A stretch of 61,272 nt of DNA, the filler included. It is 7 parts of 7 records of this genome, joined end to end, with 100 filler letters (N's around TTAATTAATTAA, not from the genome) between each part and the next. Parts side by side here need not be neighbours in the genome. Positions count along the whole stretch, not along the records: positions 7,186 to 15,481 come from SRR2962707_3698; positions 15,582 to 28,737 come from SRR2962707_3700; 5 more parts are not named here. One strand, 5' to 3'. The notes beneath the pieces were generated by a model. That model had not been told where the DNA came from and did no database searches. It worked only from the letters and a program-made list of their open reading frames with translations. Positions 11,432-22,996 of the stretch are shown here, in pieces. A program made the position numbers and the translations under genes. The first letter of the stretch is position 1. Every line of letters starts with the position of its first letter.

Positions 11432-14400
11432 TTACCTCGACTGCGACTGAGCATATCGTTGGAACTGCACGAGCATCTCTCCACCCGCCTGCACAATAGC
11501 GTGCACAAACTCCAGCTGTTCTTTTGTATCTGCTTCGCCGCCTTCGACCTCGGTGGCGGTAAGGCGTTGGGCGAGCTGGTCGCAGCATGCCTGCAACTTT
11601 TCAAAGGCGAGCTGCATCGGGCATTCAGCACACGTACTTTAGACAAGCACGGCACCATGGCACACGTCAGTGAAGCAAACAAATCCAAAGGAACACACAC
11701 CTGTTCAAAGCCAACACTTCGCGGAGACAGCATGTTCACAAAGGGATCAAAAACTGCGGCAGCGTCCGCCGGCGCAGCCGCGATGCCCAACGCTTGAGTA
11801 TCTTTGTGTTTCCTGCGCTGTGACAATTTCATGCCGTTTGTATTGGCTGCAGGACCACGGCCACTTTGTCGTCGGAGATCAAGCGTTTCGCCAAGATTGT
11901 TCACGCTTTGCTCAAACGCCCAGCGGCAATAGTTCTCGACGTAAGAACGGCCTGAGTGTTGCTGGCGCTGCACAGAAGGGATCGAATGCGTCGTGGCAGA
12001 TGCTTGTTGCATTGGATACTGCAAACGCGGAGACGCCCGGGCAAATAAATGATGCAACACGGTGCTGGGACGCACATCCACACCAAGACGCAGTGACGGA
12101 ACAACTGTGTCGACAATTGCTTGTCCTGCCAAATGAGCAACATTGTGAGTGCACTAGGAGAGCACGCAATGCAGTCACAAGGTCCCAGCAAAAATGGCAC
12201 GGGCGCAACGTACGTGACTGCACGAATAACAGCTGCTTGAGGAATTGCAGCTCAGAGCTGTCCAATTGAAGCCCGCGAGAATCCGCTAATGTGTTCAGTG
12301 CCATCTCCAGTTCGGCAGCATCGCTTGCAACGCGAATTGAACCTGGCTCCGAAAGTGGCTTGAGGAGCGACGCGTGCCGCGTGAACATGACTGCGATAGC
12401 CTGAGCGAACTGGCGAATGTAGCTCGTCGCAAGTGCGGATCGTGGAACCGGGCGCAGGTAGACATCTTGGCAGGTTGCCAGCGCGAGTTTCACTCGCCCA
12501 ATGTACCTGTTGAATTGTGATACCACATTCAAAACGTAGTGAGCACAAGATTTTTTAGTTGCAGGAGGGCTCAGCAGAAAAACGATGGATGACAAAAAAT
12601 ATTTCCAGTAAAACTGAAAACCTACACAGATTGGGACGCCGTCGAACCGCCAAAGTTCTCATCGTGCATGCCCATCATGACTGCCTCCATCTCTTTCAAT
12701 GCAGCCAGAAAGAAAGGGAGCAAAATTCTATGCGAGACGTTGTCCAGTGCGTCAAGGCATGGTCCCAGTTCTTTGGCGGCAGTCGCCGTCTGTGCATTAC
12801 AAATGGGGCCGTCAACGGCATTCGACAAGTCGAAGGAGCAAGTCAACTCGTGCGAAAACAAGCAACGCGAACGAACCAGATCTTGCTCAGTGGAATGGGC
12901 CCACTTCACAGAGCTGCCTTCTGCGTCATTAAGGCCAGACAATATCTCACGAAGATTGCTCGAAAACGCGTCCACTTTTGCCACGACGGCAAAATTATGC
13001 ACCTGGGCGCGCGTCAGCTTTGCGCCCACGCCAGCTAGGGCCTCAACATCACTGATGCTCCCTGCCTCACCAACACCAAGCCGCACACGTAAAGCTGAAG
13101 GTTCAGTGGCTCTCGCATGCTCCATCGACCGCGCAAATTGGTCACCTATTCGACGGACGCCCCCTAATATGACTGTACAAAGCCCAAAATCATGTCGGGT
13201 TGCCCGTAATTGGCGACGCATTGCAGCAGTAAGTGCTGAGATTTCGACAACTTCTGGAAGGGCTGAATGCTTGCCCCGCACAGTCGTGGAGTGCGCAGAT
13301 CCTCTTCCTGCAAACATCTCTTTCAATTGAGCGCGCATTGACTGAGTTGCTTGGGCAGTGTAGTTTTGCAGGTAAGTGTCAAAACAGCCCAAAAGAAGTG
13401 CACGCTGCTCTTGGGATTCTGGCAGACGCGACAGACCGCTTGTGCGTGCAGCAACCTCCTCTGTAGAGTCTTGCAGGCGCGATAATAGAGATTGTAGCTG
13501 TTGCCGCACAGCAGGATACCTGACAGGCAAGAAAAACACACGTACTCAAAAAACATCCTCTTGGTGGCTTGGGTGCTACTGTCACAGCAAATTCTACGCA
13601 CTCTGCCGTTAAAAACTGGCCCAGCGCAGGGTGATTCAGTGCGAGCTTGTCAATAGACTGCCGGAGGGTCTGCGTCAGGCGCGCCCAGAACAGTGATGTT
13701 GGATTCCACCGCGACTGTCTGTTGTTGCTTCGTGCATTCCGATTGCCTGGCGAAGGTGCTGGCTGCTTAGACTCGCTTGCGTATCGGTTGGAACCAAGCT
13801 GGATGCGAGATGAGACCGAACGTGATGCGTCGGCAACAATTTCAGTGTCGCCATTTGGCGCGGCCGCAACCAAAAACGACACGTTTGTGACAGGATCATG
13901 CTTCTTGGCCAATATACGGTGAAGGGTCCACGCCTGAAGGGAATACGCATAAACTGCATCGCATACCTGTTGTGCCAGCAATCGACACCAAGTGCAAACC
14001 GCGTGAAGCTTGCGCTCAGACCAAATGTTGGTGTCCGGCAAAAAGGGAGTTCACGCAAAGCAAAAATACATTCCTTCGTCAGTCGTTTCCACAGAACAGC
14101 TTTCACAGACTCTGTCAAGAGCGGGTATGCCGGGTCCACAGATCCGGACTTATCAGGTTGATCGCTTCTGGCAGCGGAGCCACTTGCTTCGTTGCCAGTT
14201 TTTCGGGGCTTAGAACTATCTGCGCTTGATTTCCCAATCGCTTTGGCAAGAGCAGCAGCGCTAAACACGGACAACGTCAGATCTTGAGCATTCTGCAAAA
14301 TTTGATCAGTTGCACGCGCGGTCGCTGACGCAAGCATGCCCAGGTTGAAGTGAACTTGAAGTGCTCCGCCAATCTACAACGTCGTGTTCAGCATGCAAAT

Positions 14401-15481
14401 CTTATGAGACTGCATGAGCCACAAGCACTGTTGCAGTGACAAATTCACGTTCCAACAACCAACACCTGGGGAGCGGCTCAACAAACCTGGGCTTGGTTAA
14501 ATTTTCGTAGGCCATCCATCAAGCCCTGGTGCGCAAGTTCCAACACCTGCTTTGATGCTCTCTGCAACTGTGGGAGGTGCGACTGCTGCACATGATTAAG
14601 CTTGACAAATTGAGCCCGCATCGCTGATGCAGCGGCGGTCGCGCCCTCGCTGTGCTGTGTATGCATCACCACACCCGCACTGCCACCAGGAGTGGTACCT
14701 TCAACTTCAGCTGCGTCACCGTCCACCATGCGCTGCATTTCAGCCAAAGTCATGGACACTCGAAGAAGGTCACGGAGGACGCCAGCCGCGCTGCTGTTTC
14801 CAACGCGGGCGTTGGCTGCGGACTGTTGCGCTTGTTGCGCCGCCATCTTTTGTGCCACCGCCTGCATTTGCTGCGCCAACTTTTTCGACAGAGTGTTCAT
14901 TCGCAAGAGAGCCCGTAGCAGCGCTCCCGCCGTCTGGATGCGCTCCAGCTGCTTGCTCCGCTGCTGCATTTTGGACAGCGGCTCCAGGACCATTTGCCGG
15001 ACAGTCGACGCCGCAGTTTCAACCTGCGCCACGCCCTGCTGCAGCGTGCGGACGGACTCTTTGAGGCACGCGGCGCTCGCTGCACGGTCCAATAGCTGGT
15101 CGTAGTTCCGCCCCACAAGCTTCTTGATACTGTTGTCAATCGCGCCCAATCGACGCTGCAGCGCGTCGACACATTGCTCCACACTGCTGGAGCTGGGAAT
15201 CTGCGACACAGCGCTCGCTGCCTTACTTGGCCCTTGATTCCCCCCAGCCAGCGGTACCCTGGCAATAGCATGATTGGCATTGGCATTGGCATTGGCACTT
15301 GCAGTTGTTGTTGTTGTTGCTGCAGCAGCTGGTGTATCAACGACAGCACTGTCTTGGGTGATAATGTGAGTCGCAAACTTGTCCGCGTCAAAGTCGCTGC
15401 GGAGAAAGATACTCAGCGACGGGTCTGCGCGCAGGTCGTGGAGCACCTGAGGCTGCTGCTGCTGCTGCTGCCGCCGCTGCT
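11432..15481 (-). CDS. COG5: conserved oligomeric Golgi complex subunit 5 (multi-exon, 5' end probably truncated)
   Basis: Motifs FLRSDFDADKFA, VGRNYDQLL, QLERIQTAGALLR, NQAQ|IGGALQVHFNLG (intron 14486-14374), WTLHRILAKKHDPVT, LLKPLSEPGSIRVASDAAELE, ELQFLKQLLF match COG5. Final exon taken as ORF 11432-11617. Confidence 0.85.
15274..15320. repeat. coding microsatellites (TGGCAT)x4 and (GTT)n, encoding ANANANA and poly-Thr in the COG5 N-terminus
   Basis: Direct inspection. Confidence 0.8.
15452..15481. repeat. (CTG/CCG)n trinucleotide repeat at the contig end
   Basis: gctgctgctgctgctgctgccgccgctgct. Confidence 0.85.
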
Positions 15482-15581
15482 NNNNNNNNNNNNNNNNNNN
15501 NNNNNNNNNNNNNNNNNNNNNNNNNTTAATTAATTAANNNNNNNNNNNNNNNNNNNNNNNNNNNNNNNNNNNNNNNNNNNN
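15482..15581. other. artificial contig linker
   Basis: N44-TTAATTAATTAA-N44. Confidence 0.99.
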
Positions 15582-16175
15582 CAGCGCCTCTTCCTGATCG
15601 TGGGTGACAAAGACCGTGGTGATACCAAGTTCTTGTTGGATGCGACGGATGTCGTCACGCAAAGACGTGCGGATCTGCGCATCAAGCGCAGACAGAGGTT
15701 CGTCCAACAGCAACAGATTGGGGCGCGGGGCCAGGGCGCGGGCAAGGGCGACGCGCTGCTGTTGGCCGCCGGACAACTGATAGGGGTAACGGTCCGCCAG
15801 ATGCGACAGGGCGATCAGGTCCAGCATTTCTGCCACCCGGTCCGCGGTCTGCTTGCGCCCCATGCCGGCAATCTTTAGCCCAAAGGCCACGTTTTCGCGC
15901 ACCGACATGTTGGGGAACAGTGCGTAGGCCTGAAACACCATGCCAATCTTGCGACGGCTCGCCGGTAAGGCGGTGATGTCGGTGCCTTCGACGCGGATGG
16001 TGCCTCTGGTCGGTGCCTCGAACCCGGCGATCATGCGCAGGACGGTCGTCTTGCCGCAACCGGACGGGCCAAGGAACGACACGAATTCGCCGGCCGCCAC
16101 GCTAAGGTTGAAGTCGCGCACGACGGTATTGGCACCAAATGATTTGTCGATACCGGTCAGGGTGAGAAAGCTCAT
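15582..16175 (-). CDS. ABC transporter ATP-binding protein, PotA/CysA-like (3' truncated)
   Basis: GPSGCGKTT Walker A, LSGGQQQRVALARAL signature, LLLDEP, VTHDQEEA. Confidence 0.95.
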
Positions 16176-16996
16176 GTCTCGGCCTTTGTGACAGTGCGGG
16201 GCGCGCGCCATTGCAATAGGCGCTGGCCGGGTTTGCGGATGGCAAAGGCTTCCATCAGGGCCATACAGGCCCAGGTGAAGGCAAACGCCATGATGGCGAG
16301 CGCGGCGGGTTGATAGGCATAGTCCTGTCCCATCTGTACAAGATAGGGACCAAAGGCCGGACGGTTCAGCAGGCTGGTTATGACAAATTCGCCAAGGCTG
16401 ATCGAGAATGTCAGGAACGCGCCCGATAGGATGGCAGAGCGGATGTTGGGAAATATCACTGTTGCGATCGTGCGAAGGCGCGAGGCACCCAGGCTTTCTG
16501 CGGCCTCTGTCAGGGTGGCAATGTCGATAGAGGCCATGCCGTTATCGACGGCACGATACATATAGGGGATCGACAGCATCACGTAACCGATGACCAGCAG
16601 GATATTGGTGCCCGTTTCGGTCATGGTCAACGGCAGTATCGAACTGGTGCCGTAGATCCGGACATAACCGAACACCAGTACGACGGGCGGGATGATCAGC
16701 GGTAGCAGGCTGAGGAATTCGACCATGGCCCGCAGACGCGGCAGGCGCAGGCGCACCCAATAGGCGGTTGGCACCACGATCAGAACGCCCGCGACGATGG
16801 CCATCAGTGACGCCACGGCGGAAAAACCAAGCACAGAGAGGAAGATGTCGCTTTCAAAGACAGACCGATAGGCCGCGAACGACAACTCTCCGCGCTTCAT
16901 GCGCAAAGAGAAGTTGAAGGTTGCGATCAATGGCACAAAGAAGAATGCCGCCCCCACAAGTGTGAGGATGATGGAAAGGACCGGTGTGCGTTTCAT
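16172..16996 (-). CDS. ABC transporter permease (PotC-like)
   Basis: Hydrophobic helices, EAAESLGAS loop, ATGA overlaps with both neighbours. Confidence 0.92.
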   Translation of the reverse strand: MKRTPVLSIILTLVGAAFFFVPLIATFNFSLRMKRGELSFAAYRSVFESDIFLSVLGFSAVASLMAIVAGVLIVVPTAYWVRLRLPRLRAMVEFLSLLPLIIPPVVLVFGYVRIYGTSSILPLTMTETGTNILLVIGYVMLSIPYMYRAVDNGMASIDIATLTEAAESLGASRLRTIATVIFPNIRSAILSGAFLTFSISLGEFVITSLLNRPAFGPYLVQMGQDYAYQPAALAIMAFAFTWACMALMEAFAIRKPGQRLLQWRAPRTVTKAET

Positions 16997-17892
16997 TTCT
17001 GCCACCGCTCGGCCCGGCGGCGCAGGACGAAGTAGAGCGTGTTGGACAGCCCCATGATCAGGATCATCCCGACCGCCAGCGCATAGCCAAGGTTCGGATT
17101 GTACAGCACATTGCCCCTGATCTGCTGGAACAGCAGGATCGGCACGACCGGAAAGTTGGCAGATGTCAGCGCATAGATCGTGGCCAGCGTGCCAAAGGCA
17201 TTGGCGAACAGCAGCAGAAAACAACCCAGCACCGACGGTGCCAGCAAGGGCAGCGCGACACGGGTCAGGTATTGCGCACGGGTGGCGCCTAGGCTCTCGG
17301 CCGCCTCGCGCCATTCCGGGCGTAGCCCTTCCAGCGCGGGGGTGATCATCAGCACCATCAGCGGCAGCTGGAAATAGAGATAGGTCAGTGCAAGACCCCA
17401 GAAGGAAAACAGCGAGAATCCTGCGCCGTAGATGTTGATCCCCAGCACGTCCCGCAGCACCAGCGTGACCAGCCCAAGCCGCCCCAGCGTGGCGATAAAG
17501 GCAAAGGCCAGCGGAACGCCGGCGAAATTGGATGCGACGCCGGAAAAGGTCATAAAAGCCCTGCGCACCCAGGTAGGAAGTCCACCGAGGATCAGCGCAT
17601 AGGCCAGGATCAGGCCAAACACCGCACCCATCGCGGCCGAGGCGAGGCTGAGCCGGATCGACAGCAGGTAGGATTGAACGATTTCTGGCGACGACAACTG
17701 CATCATCGTGTCAAAGGTGTAGGTCCCATCGGGCGACTGAAACGCGCCGTTCACCAGATAAAGGACCGGCAAGATCAGGAACAGCAGCACAAAGGCCAGA
17801 AAAGGCACGAGGCCCACCCATGCCCAGTTGGGCCGCACGCGACGGCGGGTCTGGGTGGCGGTGATGTCAGGGGATAGTGCGGTCAGGGACAA
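16993..17892 (-). CDS. ABC transporter permease (PotB-like)
   Basis: EAAESLGAT loop, multiple TM helices, TTG start. Confidence 0.92.
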   Translation of the reverse strand: MSLTALSPDITATQTRRRVRPNWAWVGLVPFLAFVLLFLILPVLYLVNGAFQSPDGTYTFDTMMQLSSPEIVQSYLLSIRLSLASAAMGAVFGLILAYALILGGLPTWVRRAFMTFSGVASNFAGVPLAFAFIATLGRLGLVTLVLRDVLGINIYGAGFSLFSFWGLALTYLYFQLPLMVLMITPALEGLRPEWREAAESLGATRAQYLTRVALPLLAPSVLGCFLLLFANAFGTLATIYALTSANFPVVPILLFQQIRGNVLYNPNLGYALAVGMILIMGLSNTLYFVLRRRAERWQK

Positions 17893-17961
17893 GGGATGTT
17901 CCGAAGATCAGGAATGGGCGGCAGGTCTGGACCCGCCGCCCGGATAAGGGTGAAAGAGGCG

Positions 17962-19059
17962 TTATTTTACACCCATTTCCTTGCCCCAGTTGTCCGCGAC
18001 GGCGGTCTTTGCGGCAGCCTGTTCGCCCAGCGTTGGGAAGACGGCTTTGGCGTAGTTTTCTGCCGGTGGCAGCTTGTCCATCACGTCCTGGGGGATCACG
18101 CCACGGTCAGCCATGTCGTTGAACCGGATCGGGTGGCAATATCCTTTGAGCCACAGGGTCTGGCCTTCATCGGAATAGATATATTCCATCCAAAGTTTTG
18201 CTGCATTTGGGTGTGGGGCGTAGGCGGAAATTGCCTGCACATAGACACCGGCAACGACGGCGTCAGAAGGTACGACAACTTCGACCGGGGGGTTGCCGGC
18301 CAGCGTGTCGCGCATCGCCAGCAGGTTGTAGTCCCAATCGAAATAGAGCGGAGTGGTGCCCTGCGTCAGGTTCTGCGAACTCCCGTTGACCGGTACGAGG
18401 TTGCCACTGTCCTTCAGGCCTTTGAAATAGCCGATACCTGCGTTCAGCGCGTCGGTACCTGCGGCGGCACCCTGCGCGACGCCGGCGGCATAGACTGTCA
18501 TCATGGTGCTGTTGCCGGTGCGCGGATCGCCGGGGATGGCAACGGCATTGGCATAGGCCGAATCGGCCAGATCAGCAAAGCTGGCGGGGGCGTCGGGAAT
18601 GATGTCACTGTTCACACCAAAGGCCAGCACGCCGTAGTAGTCGCCGTACCAGTAACCTTCCGCATCCTTGGCATCGTCGGGAATGCTGTCCCAGACGGAA
18701 ACCTTGTATGGCTGGATCAGACCTTGGTCTTTGGCGGCGGGGCCAAAGGACAGGCCGACGTCGATCACGTCGGGGGCCTGCGGGCCTGCATTGTCTCTGT
18801 TGGCTTTTATCGCTTCCAGTTCGTCACCAGAGCCCGCGTTCGGGTTCAATTCGTTGACGTCCAGGCCATACTTGGCCTTGAAGCCTTCGATAACGTCGCC
18901 ATAGCCGCACCAGTTGTGGGGCAGGGCGATGGTTGTCAGGGTGCCTTCGGCCTGGGCTGCGTCGATCAGCGCCTGCGACGGTTCGGCGAATGCCGCTGTT
19001 ACGGACAGGGCAGAAACGCTGGCCAGCAGCGGCAGTGTGAAACGGGTGATGGATGTCAA
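17962..19059 (-). CDS. ABC transporter substrate-binding protein (PotD/AfuA-like, substrate unknown)
   Basis: Signal peptide ending in AFA. GGAG RBS upstream of TTG 19059. APHPNAAKLWMEY motif. Confidence 0.9.
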   Translation of the reverse strand: MTSITRFTLPLLASVSALSVTAAFAEPSQALIDAAQAEGTLTTIALPHNWCGYGDVIEGFKAKYGLDVNELNPNAGSGDELEAIKANRDNAGPQAPDVIDVGLSFGPAAKDQGLIQPYKVSVWDSIPDDAKDAEGYWYGDYYGVLAFGVNSDIIPDAPASFADLADSAYANAVAIPGDPRTGNSTMMTVYAAGVAQGAAAGTDALNAGIGYFKGLKDSGNLVPVNGSSQNLTQGTTPLYFDWDYNLLAMRDTLAGNPPVEVVVPSDAVVAGVYVQAISAYAPHPNAAKLWMEYIYSDEGQTLWLKGYCHPIRFNDMADRGVIPQDVMDKLPPAENYAKAVFPTLGEQAAAKTAVADNWGKEMGVK

Positions 19060-19653
19060 CTTCGGTCTCCGGATAGTGGGCGCTAATGCCAGCGCAGGCA
19101 ACAGGCCTGCAACGCGCGAGCAGTACGCCGGGCCCGTGACGGGAAATTAATGAATTCAAGACGAAACCATGACACGGTGCGGACCTTACGCATCGGCCAC
19201 CGGTCCAAGAGTGCATACTGTAGATCTAACGCCGCGAGACGGGCTTGGTGCCCAGGCCGTCGTAACGTTCTGGCCGAAAATTTGTAGTTTGGGATCGCGC
19301 TTCCTCGGTGACTTTGGTTCCCGTGGCTTCGGGGTGACCTCAGTCGCGACACCTGATGTGCACATGCTTTGAACGCACCATAGATGTGGCTCTGGCCGGG
19401 ACGATCAACAACGACCTGCGCCAGATTTTCGTCGAACTTGCGGACGAGTGCCACGCCTGAAACTGTTGGCGATGAGGCCCTTAAGTGCAGGCGGCATATT
19501 CAGACGAAAACAGAGTACTAGGATGCGACGACGTACAACACGACAGTATCACCAGTGCTCGGCCAAAACGCGCTCCTGAATGTCCTTCAACACCGATTTT
19601 CCCACAAAAACTCGGATCGAGGTGGGAACAGATGATTATCCAGCGTGGAACGC

Positions 19654-20478
19654 TTAACCCATCATCGCCTTGCGGATCATGTTGAGTGCGACGAGGATCA
19701 GAAAGGCCCCGAAGGCGCGCTTTAGTGGTACGGGGTTCATCGCATGGGCAAGCTTTACACCAAAAGGTGTCGTCAAAAGCGTCATCGCGATCACCACCAG
19801 AAAGCCTGGAACGTTTACGGCACCCACTGTCAGCGGAGGGCGCGAACCCGGCTCGATGGTTAGCAGCAGGAACCCAATGGCCGAGGGCACGGCGATCAGA
19901 ATACCGAAACCCGCCGCCGTCGCGACCGCGCGGTGGATCGCGACGTTATGCAGGCTCATCAGAGGTACGCCAAAACTGCCCCCCCCGATGCCCATCAAAG
20001 CCGACAAAAAACCCACCACGGGCGAATATACATACTTTGCGCCCCCGGTCGGCATTTCGTCAGCCACCCGCCAGCTGTTCCTACCCAACGCCATGTAAGT
20101 GCCGACAATCAGGGCCAGCGCGCCAAAGATCATCTGCAGCGTGCCCGACCGAAGCGAAGAGGCCATCACCACGCCTGCGATGGACCCCAGGACGATTCCC
20201 GGTGCCCATCCTCTAAGGATATCCCAGTCCACAGCGCCCTTGCGATTGTGGCTGATCACCGACCGCAGGGATGTCACAATGATGGTGGCCAGCGAAGTTG
20301 CCAGACAGACCTGCATCACCTGCGGTCCATCGTATCCCAACATCTGGAAGGTGAAAAAGAAGGCAGGCACCAGAACGATGCCGCCCCCCACACCCAGCAG
20401 TCCGGCAAGCACGCCCGCGACGCCACCGATCACGATAAGGAACAGCAAAAGCTCAAGCGTTAGGGTTAGGTCGGGCAT
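19654..20478 (-). CDS. sulfite exporter TauE/SafE family protein
   Basis: Duplicated AGLLGVGGG / SALMGIGGG motifs, ATSLA, about 8 TM helices. Confidence 0.9.
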   Translation of the reverse strand: MPDLTLTLELLLFLIVIGGVAGVLAGLLGVGGGIVLVPAFFFTFQMLGYDGPQVMQVCLATSLATIIVTSLRSVISHNRKGAVDWDILRGWAPGIVLGSIAGVVMASSLRSGTLQMIFGALALIVGTYMALGRNSWRVADEMPTGGAKYVYSPVVGFLSALMGIGGGSFGVPLMSLHNVAIHRAVATAAGFGILIAVPSAIGFLLLTIEPGSRPPLTVGAVNVPGFLVVIAMTLLTTPFGVKLAHAMNPVPLKRAFGAFLILVALNMIRKAMMG

Positions 20479-20515
20479 GGGGCAATCCTGAATTTCATGA
20501 AACGAGGGGCGCGCG

Positions 20516-21157
20516 TCACGGCGCGTGGCGGGCAAGGATGTTTATAAGGACGACATAGGACGAGGCAACATGGCTACACATAAGACGCCGGGTTGCATCG
20601 GCATCTTGCGACAGGATCGCCTGGGTGATCGCGCGATGTTCCACCCGTGATGATTCCAGCCGCCGGTGATCTTCGTGAAAGTTTCCGGCACGCCATGCTA
20701 GCGTGCGCAGGTTCAATTCGTCCAGCGTAGAGGCAAGGATCGCGTTACGCGCGCCCGATTTGATGATTTCGTGAAAGCGGCCATTGATTTCGCCATAGGC
20801 GGTGGGGTCTTCACAGCGGTTGCCCTCCTCCAACACCGATTCCAGGTTCAGCCGCTCGATCGCGCTCATCCGGTTGGCCGCAAGCGCCGCAAGCGCGCTC
20901 TCGACCTCGCCGGTCGCTTCGAACAATTCGGCCAGATCATCGGGCCCCATCCGCCGCACCACATAGGCGCGGCGCTGACCGCGTTCGGCAAGGCCTGACT
21001 GTTCAAGCCTGTGCAGCGCTTCGCGGACAGGAGTGCGCGATACGCCGAACTGCTGGGCTAGCATCTGTTCTATCAGCGGCTCACCTGGCACCATCCGGCC
21101 GGCCATGATCTCGGCGATCAGGCTCTCAAATATGTTTTCTGCTGCACGAATAGTCAT
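20516..21157 (-). CDS. GntR family regulator with FCD domain
   Basis: LAQQFGVSRTPVREALHRL wHTH; N.RFH and EH..I..AI FCD motifs. Confidence 0.95.
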   Translation of the reverse strand: MTIRAAENIFESLIAEIMAGRMVPGEPLIEQMLAQQFGVSRTPVREALHRLEQSGLAERGQRRAYVVRRMGPDDLAELFEATGEVESALAALAANRMSAIERLNLESVLEEGNRCEDPTAYGEINGRFHEIIKSGARNAILASTLDELNLRTLAWRAGNFHEDHRRLESSRVEHRAITQAILSQDADATRRLMCSHVASSYVVLINILARHAP

Positions 21158-21208
21158 CAGTTATCCATGTTTGCCGGAACTCATCCTTTGGTGCACTTTT
21201 TCCTTGCC

Positions 21209-21220
21209 TATGTATACATA
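21209..21220. promoter_or_regulatory. putative GntR operator (perfect palindrome TATGTATACATA)
   Basis: 12-bp palindrome with TGTATACA core in the divergent gntR/ABC intergenic region, overlapping a TTGCCT -35-like hexamer. Confidence 0.7.
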
Positions 21221-21388
21221 TCCTTTCAACATGAATTCATAAAGATGTCGAATTTAGTGGAGGGTTCGACAAAAAAACGCCTCGAAACCAGACGACGGCG
21301 GGCGAGATGGGGAAAAACCCCGCCGTTCAAAGGCACTGGCGAAATTGGAAGGAAAGGGAGGAGGCGATGCCAACAGGAGAGATGAGAT

Positions 21389-22996
21389 ATGACAAAAATC
21401 GACCACAAGGAGGTTCTCGCAGAGCGTTTATCTGCGAGATTCGGACGTAGGACAATTCTTAAGGGAATTGGTGCTGGTATCGTGACCGCGGCCACCGCCG
21501 GCGGAATGCCATCCCTTGCCCGCGCCCAGCAAAGTGGACACATCAAGATCGCTTCGATCAAGGTGATCGACACGCTGGACCCCCATTTTACCGGCTTTTT
21601 GTCGGCAATTCAGGTCATCAATAACATCCACAATGGCCTGCTCAAGATCGCATATGACGGCACGAATGTGACGTTCGAACCTGACCTCGCAGAAACCTGG
21701 GATCTTGAAGATGAAAAGACCCACGTATTCAAATTGCGCGAAAACGTGAAATTCCATGACGGGACACCCTGTGATGCCGAGGCGGTTAAATTCTCGCTTC
21801 TGCGCGTCAAAGAAGGCGAACCGAAATCCCCCCATGCTTGGAAACTTGCGCTGCTTGAAACCATCGAGATTGTCGATCCTCTGACCATCCGACTGATCTT
21901 CTCGCAGCCCTACGCCTTCCTTCCTGTGGCATTGAACGGGTCCACTGGCCGCGCAGGTACCATTGTCAGCCCCGCTGCTGTGCAGAAGTATGGTGCCGAC
22001 TATGGCCGCAACCCCGTTGGCACTGGCCCTTTCAAGTTCGTTTCCTGGAAAGAGAACGATTCCATCGAGCTGGAAGCCAACACAGAATACTTTGAACCCG
22101 GCCTTCCCAAACTGGAACGTGCGACATTCGTTCTGATGAACGAGGCCTCGACCGCCCTTGCGGCCCTCATGGCCGGCCAGATCGACGGCATGACCGATTG
22201 CCCGATGCAACTCGTGGACCAGATCGATGCGTTCCCTGGCGCCAATCTCTATGGCGAGATTGAGGGCAACTACACCTACGTTGGCATGAACTGCAAACGC
22301 GCGCCCTTTGACGATATCAATCTGCGTCGCGCGGTGGCCTGGGCCCTTGATCGCGACACGATCGTGAAACAGGCGTATTTCGGACGGGCACAGCAGGCCT
22401 ATACCCCCATTTCGCCGCCCATGACGGATTTCTTTGACCCCGATATCGCCACAAGCGGTCGTGGCCAGTGGTTCGATCTGGACAAGGCCAAGGCATATCG
22501 CGCGAAGGCGGCAAACCAGGGCGAGGTCGAAGCCGTCTATATGATGGCAGAGCGCGGCCCGGTCGGTACTCGCATCGCCCAGACCGTCGCCCCGATGCTG
22601 GCCCAGATTGGGATCAAAGCCAAGCTTGAGCTGGTCGAACCCGCCACATGGGTCAAGCGGCGCAACGAATCGGACTTTGACTTCTACGACTTTGAATGGG
22701 TTGCAGACCTTGACCCCGACGAAACCCTGTACCCCGAGTTCAAGTCCGACGGTGCATGGAACTTTGGCGGCTGGGTCAACACCGATTTCGACGACCTCTG
22801 CGCAGAAGCCCAGGTCACGATCGACATGGCGGCGCGGCGTGAACTTTACTACAAGGCCGAAGATCTGCTGATGGATGAGGCCGGTATCGCTATTATGGCG
22901 CACATGCCGATCTACAAGGTCTTCTCGACCAAGGTTCAGGGTTTCAGCTATATTCCCGCCGACCTGGTCAACCTGCACAGCGTAAGCATTAGCTGA
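21389..22996 (+). CDS. peptide/nickel ABC transporter substrate-binding protein (family 5), Tat signal
   Basis: FGRRTILKG twin-arginine signal; PDLAETW, LRENVKFHDG and PVGTGPF motifs. Confidence 0.95.
   Translation: MTKIDHKEVLAERLSARFGRRTILKGIGAGIVTAATAGGMPSLARAQQSGHIKIASIKVIDTLDPHFTGFLSAIQVINNIHNGLLKIAYDGTNVTFEPDLAETWDLEDEKTHVFKLRENVKFHDGTPCDAEAVKFSLLRVKEGEPKSPHAWKLALLETIEIVDPLTIRLIFSQPYAFLPVALNGSTGRAGTIVSPAAVQKYGADYGRNPVGTGPFKFVSWKENDSIELEANTEYFEPGLPKLERATFVLMNEASTALAALMAGQIDGMTDCPMQLVDQIDAFPGANLYGEIEGNYTYVGMNCKRAPFDDINLRRAVAWALDRDTIVKQAYFGRAQQAYTPISPPMTDFFDPDIATSGRGQWFDLDKAKAYRAKAANQGEVEAVYMMAERGPVGTRIAQTVAPMLAQIGIKAKLELVEPATWVKRRNESDFDFYDFEWVADLDPDETLYPEFKSDGAWNFGGWVNTDFDDLCAEAQVTIDMAARRELYYKAEDLLMDEAGIAIMAHMPIYKVFSTKVQGFSYIPADLVNLHSVSIS

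Noticed and set aside
19356-19460. 34-codon ORF MCTCFERTIDVALAG...DECHA in the long intergenic region
   Set aside because: No RBS or recognisable motif; could be a gene remnant but is unsupported.
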